Source: Thermoplasmata archaeon | GTDB taxonomy: Archaea > Thermoplasmatota > Thermoplasmata > Thermoplasmatales > GCA-001856825 | Assembly (NCBI GenBank): GCA_023256475.1 | Contig: JAGDXP010000002.1 | Coordinates: 35,116 to 99,115 of the forward strand | Direction of reading: 5' to 3' | DNA length: 64,000 bases | Shown here: positions 63,924-64,000 of the stretch, one piece after another | Numbering within the stretch: position 1 is the first letter of the stretch | Layout of the letters: the number at the start of each line of letters is the position of its first letter | Made by a program: the position numbers and the translations under genes | Notes under the pieces: model-generated | Database searches by the model: none | Seen by the model: only the letters and a program-made list of their open reading frames with translations | Told to the model about the DNA's origin: nothing

Positions 63924-64000
63924 CTAAATTTTGAGCTTCTTTATCCTCTTCTGTACATCTTCCTCCGGTAGCATCTTATATCCTTCAGAAGGTGTAATTG
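63924..64000 (-). CDS. 3' end of a CDS that continues beyond the window, possibly proteasome subunit alpha
   Basis: The minus-strand frame reads ...ITPSEGYKMLPEEDVQKRIKKLKI followed by a stop. This resembles PsmA C-termini as I remember them (...Y.I.D.EEVKK.L), and psmA often neighbours aCPSF1 in archaea. Only 25 codons are visible. Confidence 0.35.
   Translation of the reverse strand, partial: ITPSEGYKMLPEEDVQKRIKKLKI

Overview
This 64-kb window is AT-rich, very gene-dense archaeal chromosome. By my approximate tally of the intervals below, more than 90% of it is genes. The archaeal assignment rests on aRF1, Pelota, aIF6, ribosomal proteins L39e/L31e/S19e/uS2, aCPSF1, KEOPS Pcc1, DtdA and an archaeal-type RNase P RNA. 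The gene content (GH15 glucoamylase, PPDK, heavily sequon-rich membrane-anchored surface proteins, low GC) suggests a Thermoplasmata-like euryarchaeon, but that is inference only.

Most of the window is core housekeeping:
- translation and ribosome biogenesis
- purine synthesis (purE, purK, purD)
- arginine synthesis (argG, argH, carbamate kinase)
- central carbon metabolism (ppdK-eno)
- a five-gene glycogen cluster
- transporters

RNA genes are four tRNAs (Gln-CUG, Arg-CCG, Arg-UCU, Arg-GCG) and RNase P RNA. I saw no rRNA, no CRISPR array, and no recognisable transposase or integrase.

Genes are frequently translationally coupled through 1-47 nt overlaps. One real gene, L39e, falls below the ORF-track length cutoff.

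The regions I think most deserve a second look, all of them hypotheses:
1. A patchwork scar next to tRNA-Arg(CCG) at 33.1-34.4 kb. It contains a roughly 320-bp segment of foreign, much higher GC fused in frame to a native membrane anchor.
2. A roughly 1-kb gene-free, stop-riddled stretch next to tRNA-Arg(UCU), preceded by two uncharacterised genes (42-45 kb).
3. A KaiC-like ATPase translationally coupled to a Walker-A-less KaiC-like paralogue (17.3-18.6 kb).
4. A Mut7-C/PIN-like nuclease translationally coupled to Pelota (5.6-7.0 kb).
5. An EF-Tu/SelB-like protein with a degenerate G domain overlapping Pcc1 (52.9-54.1 kb).

I cannot show that any of these is a novel system from sequence alone.
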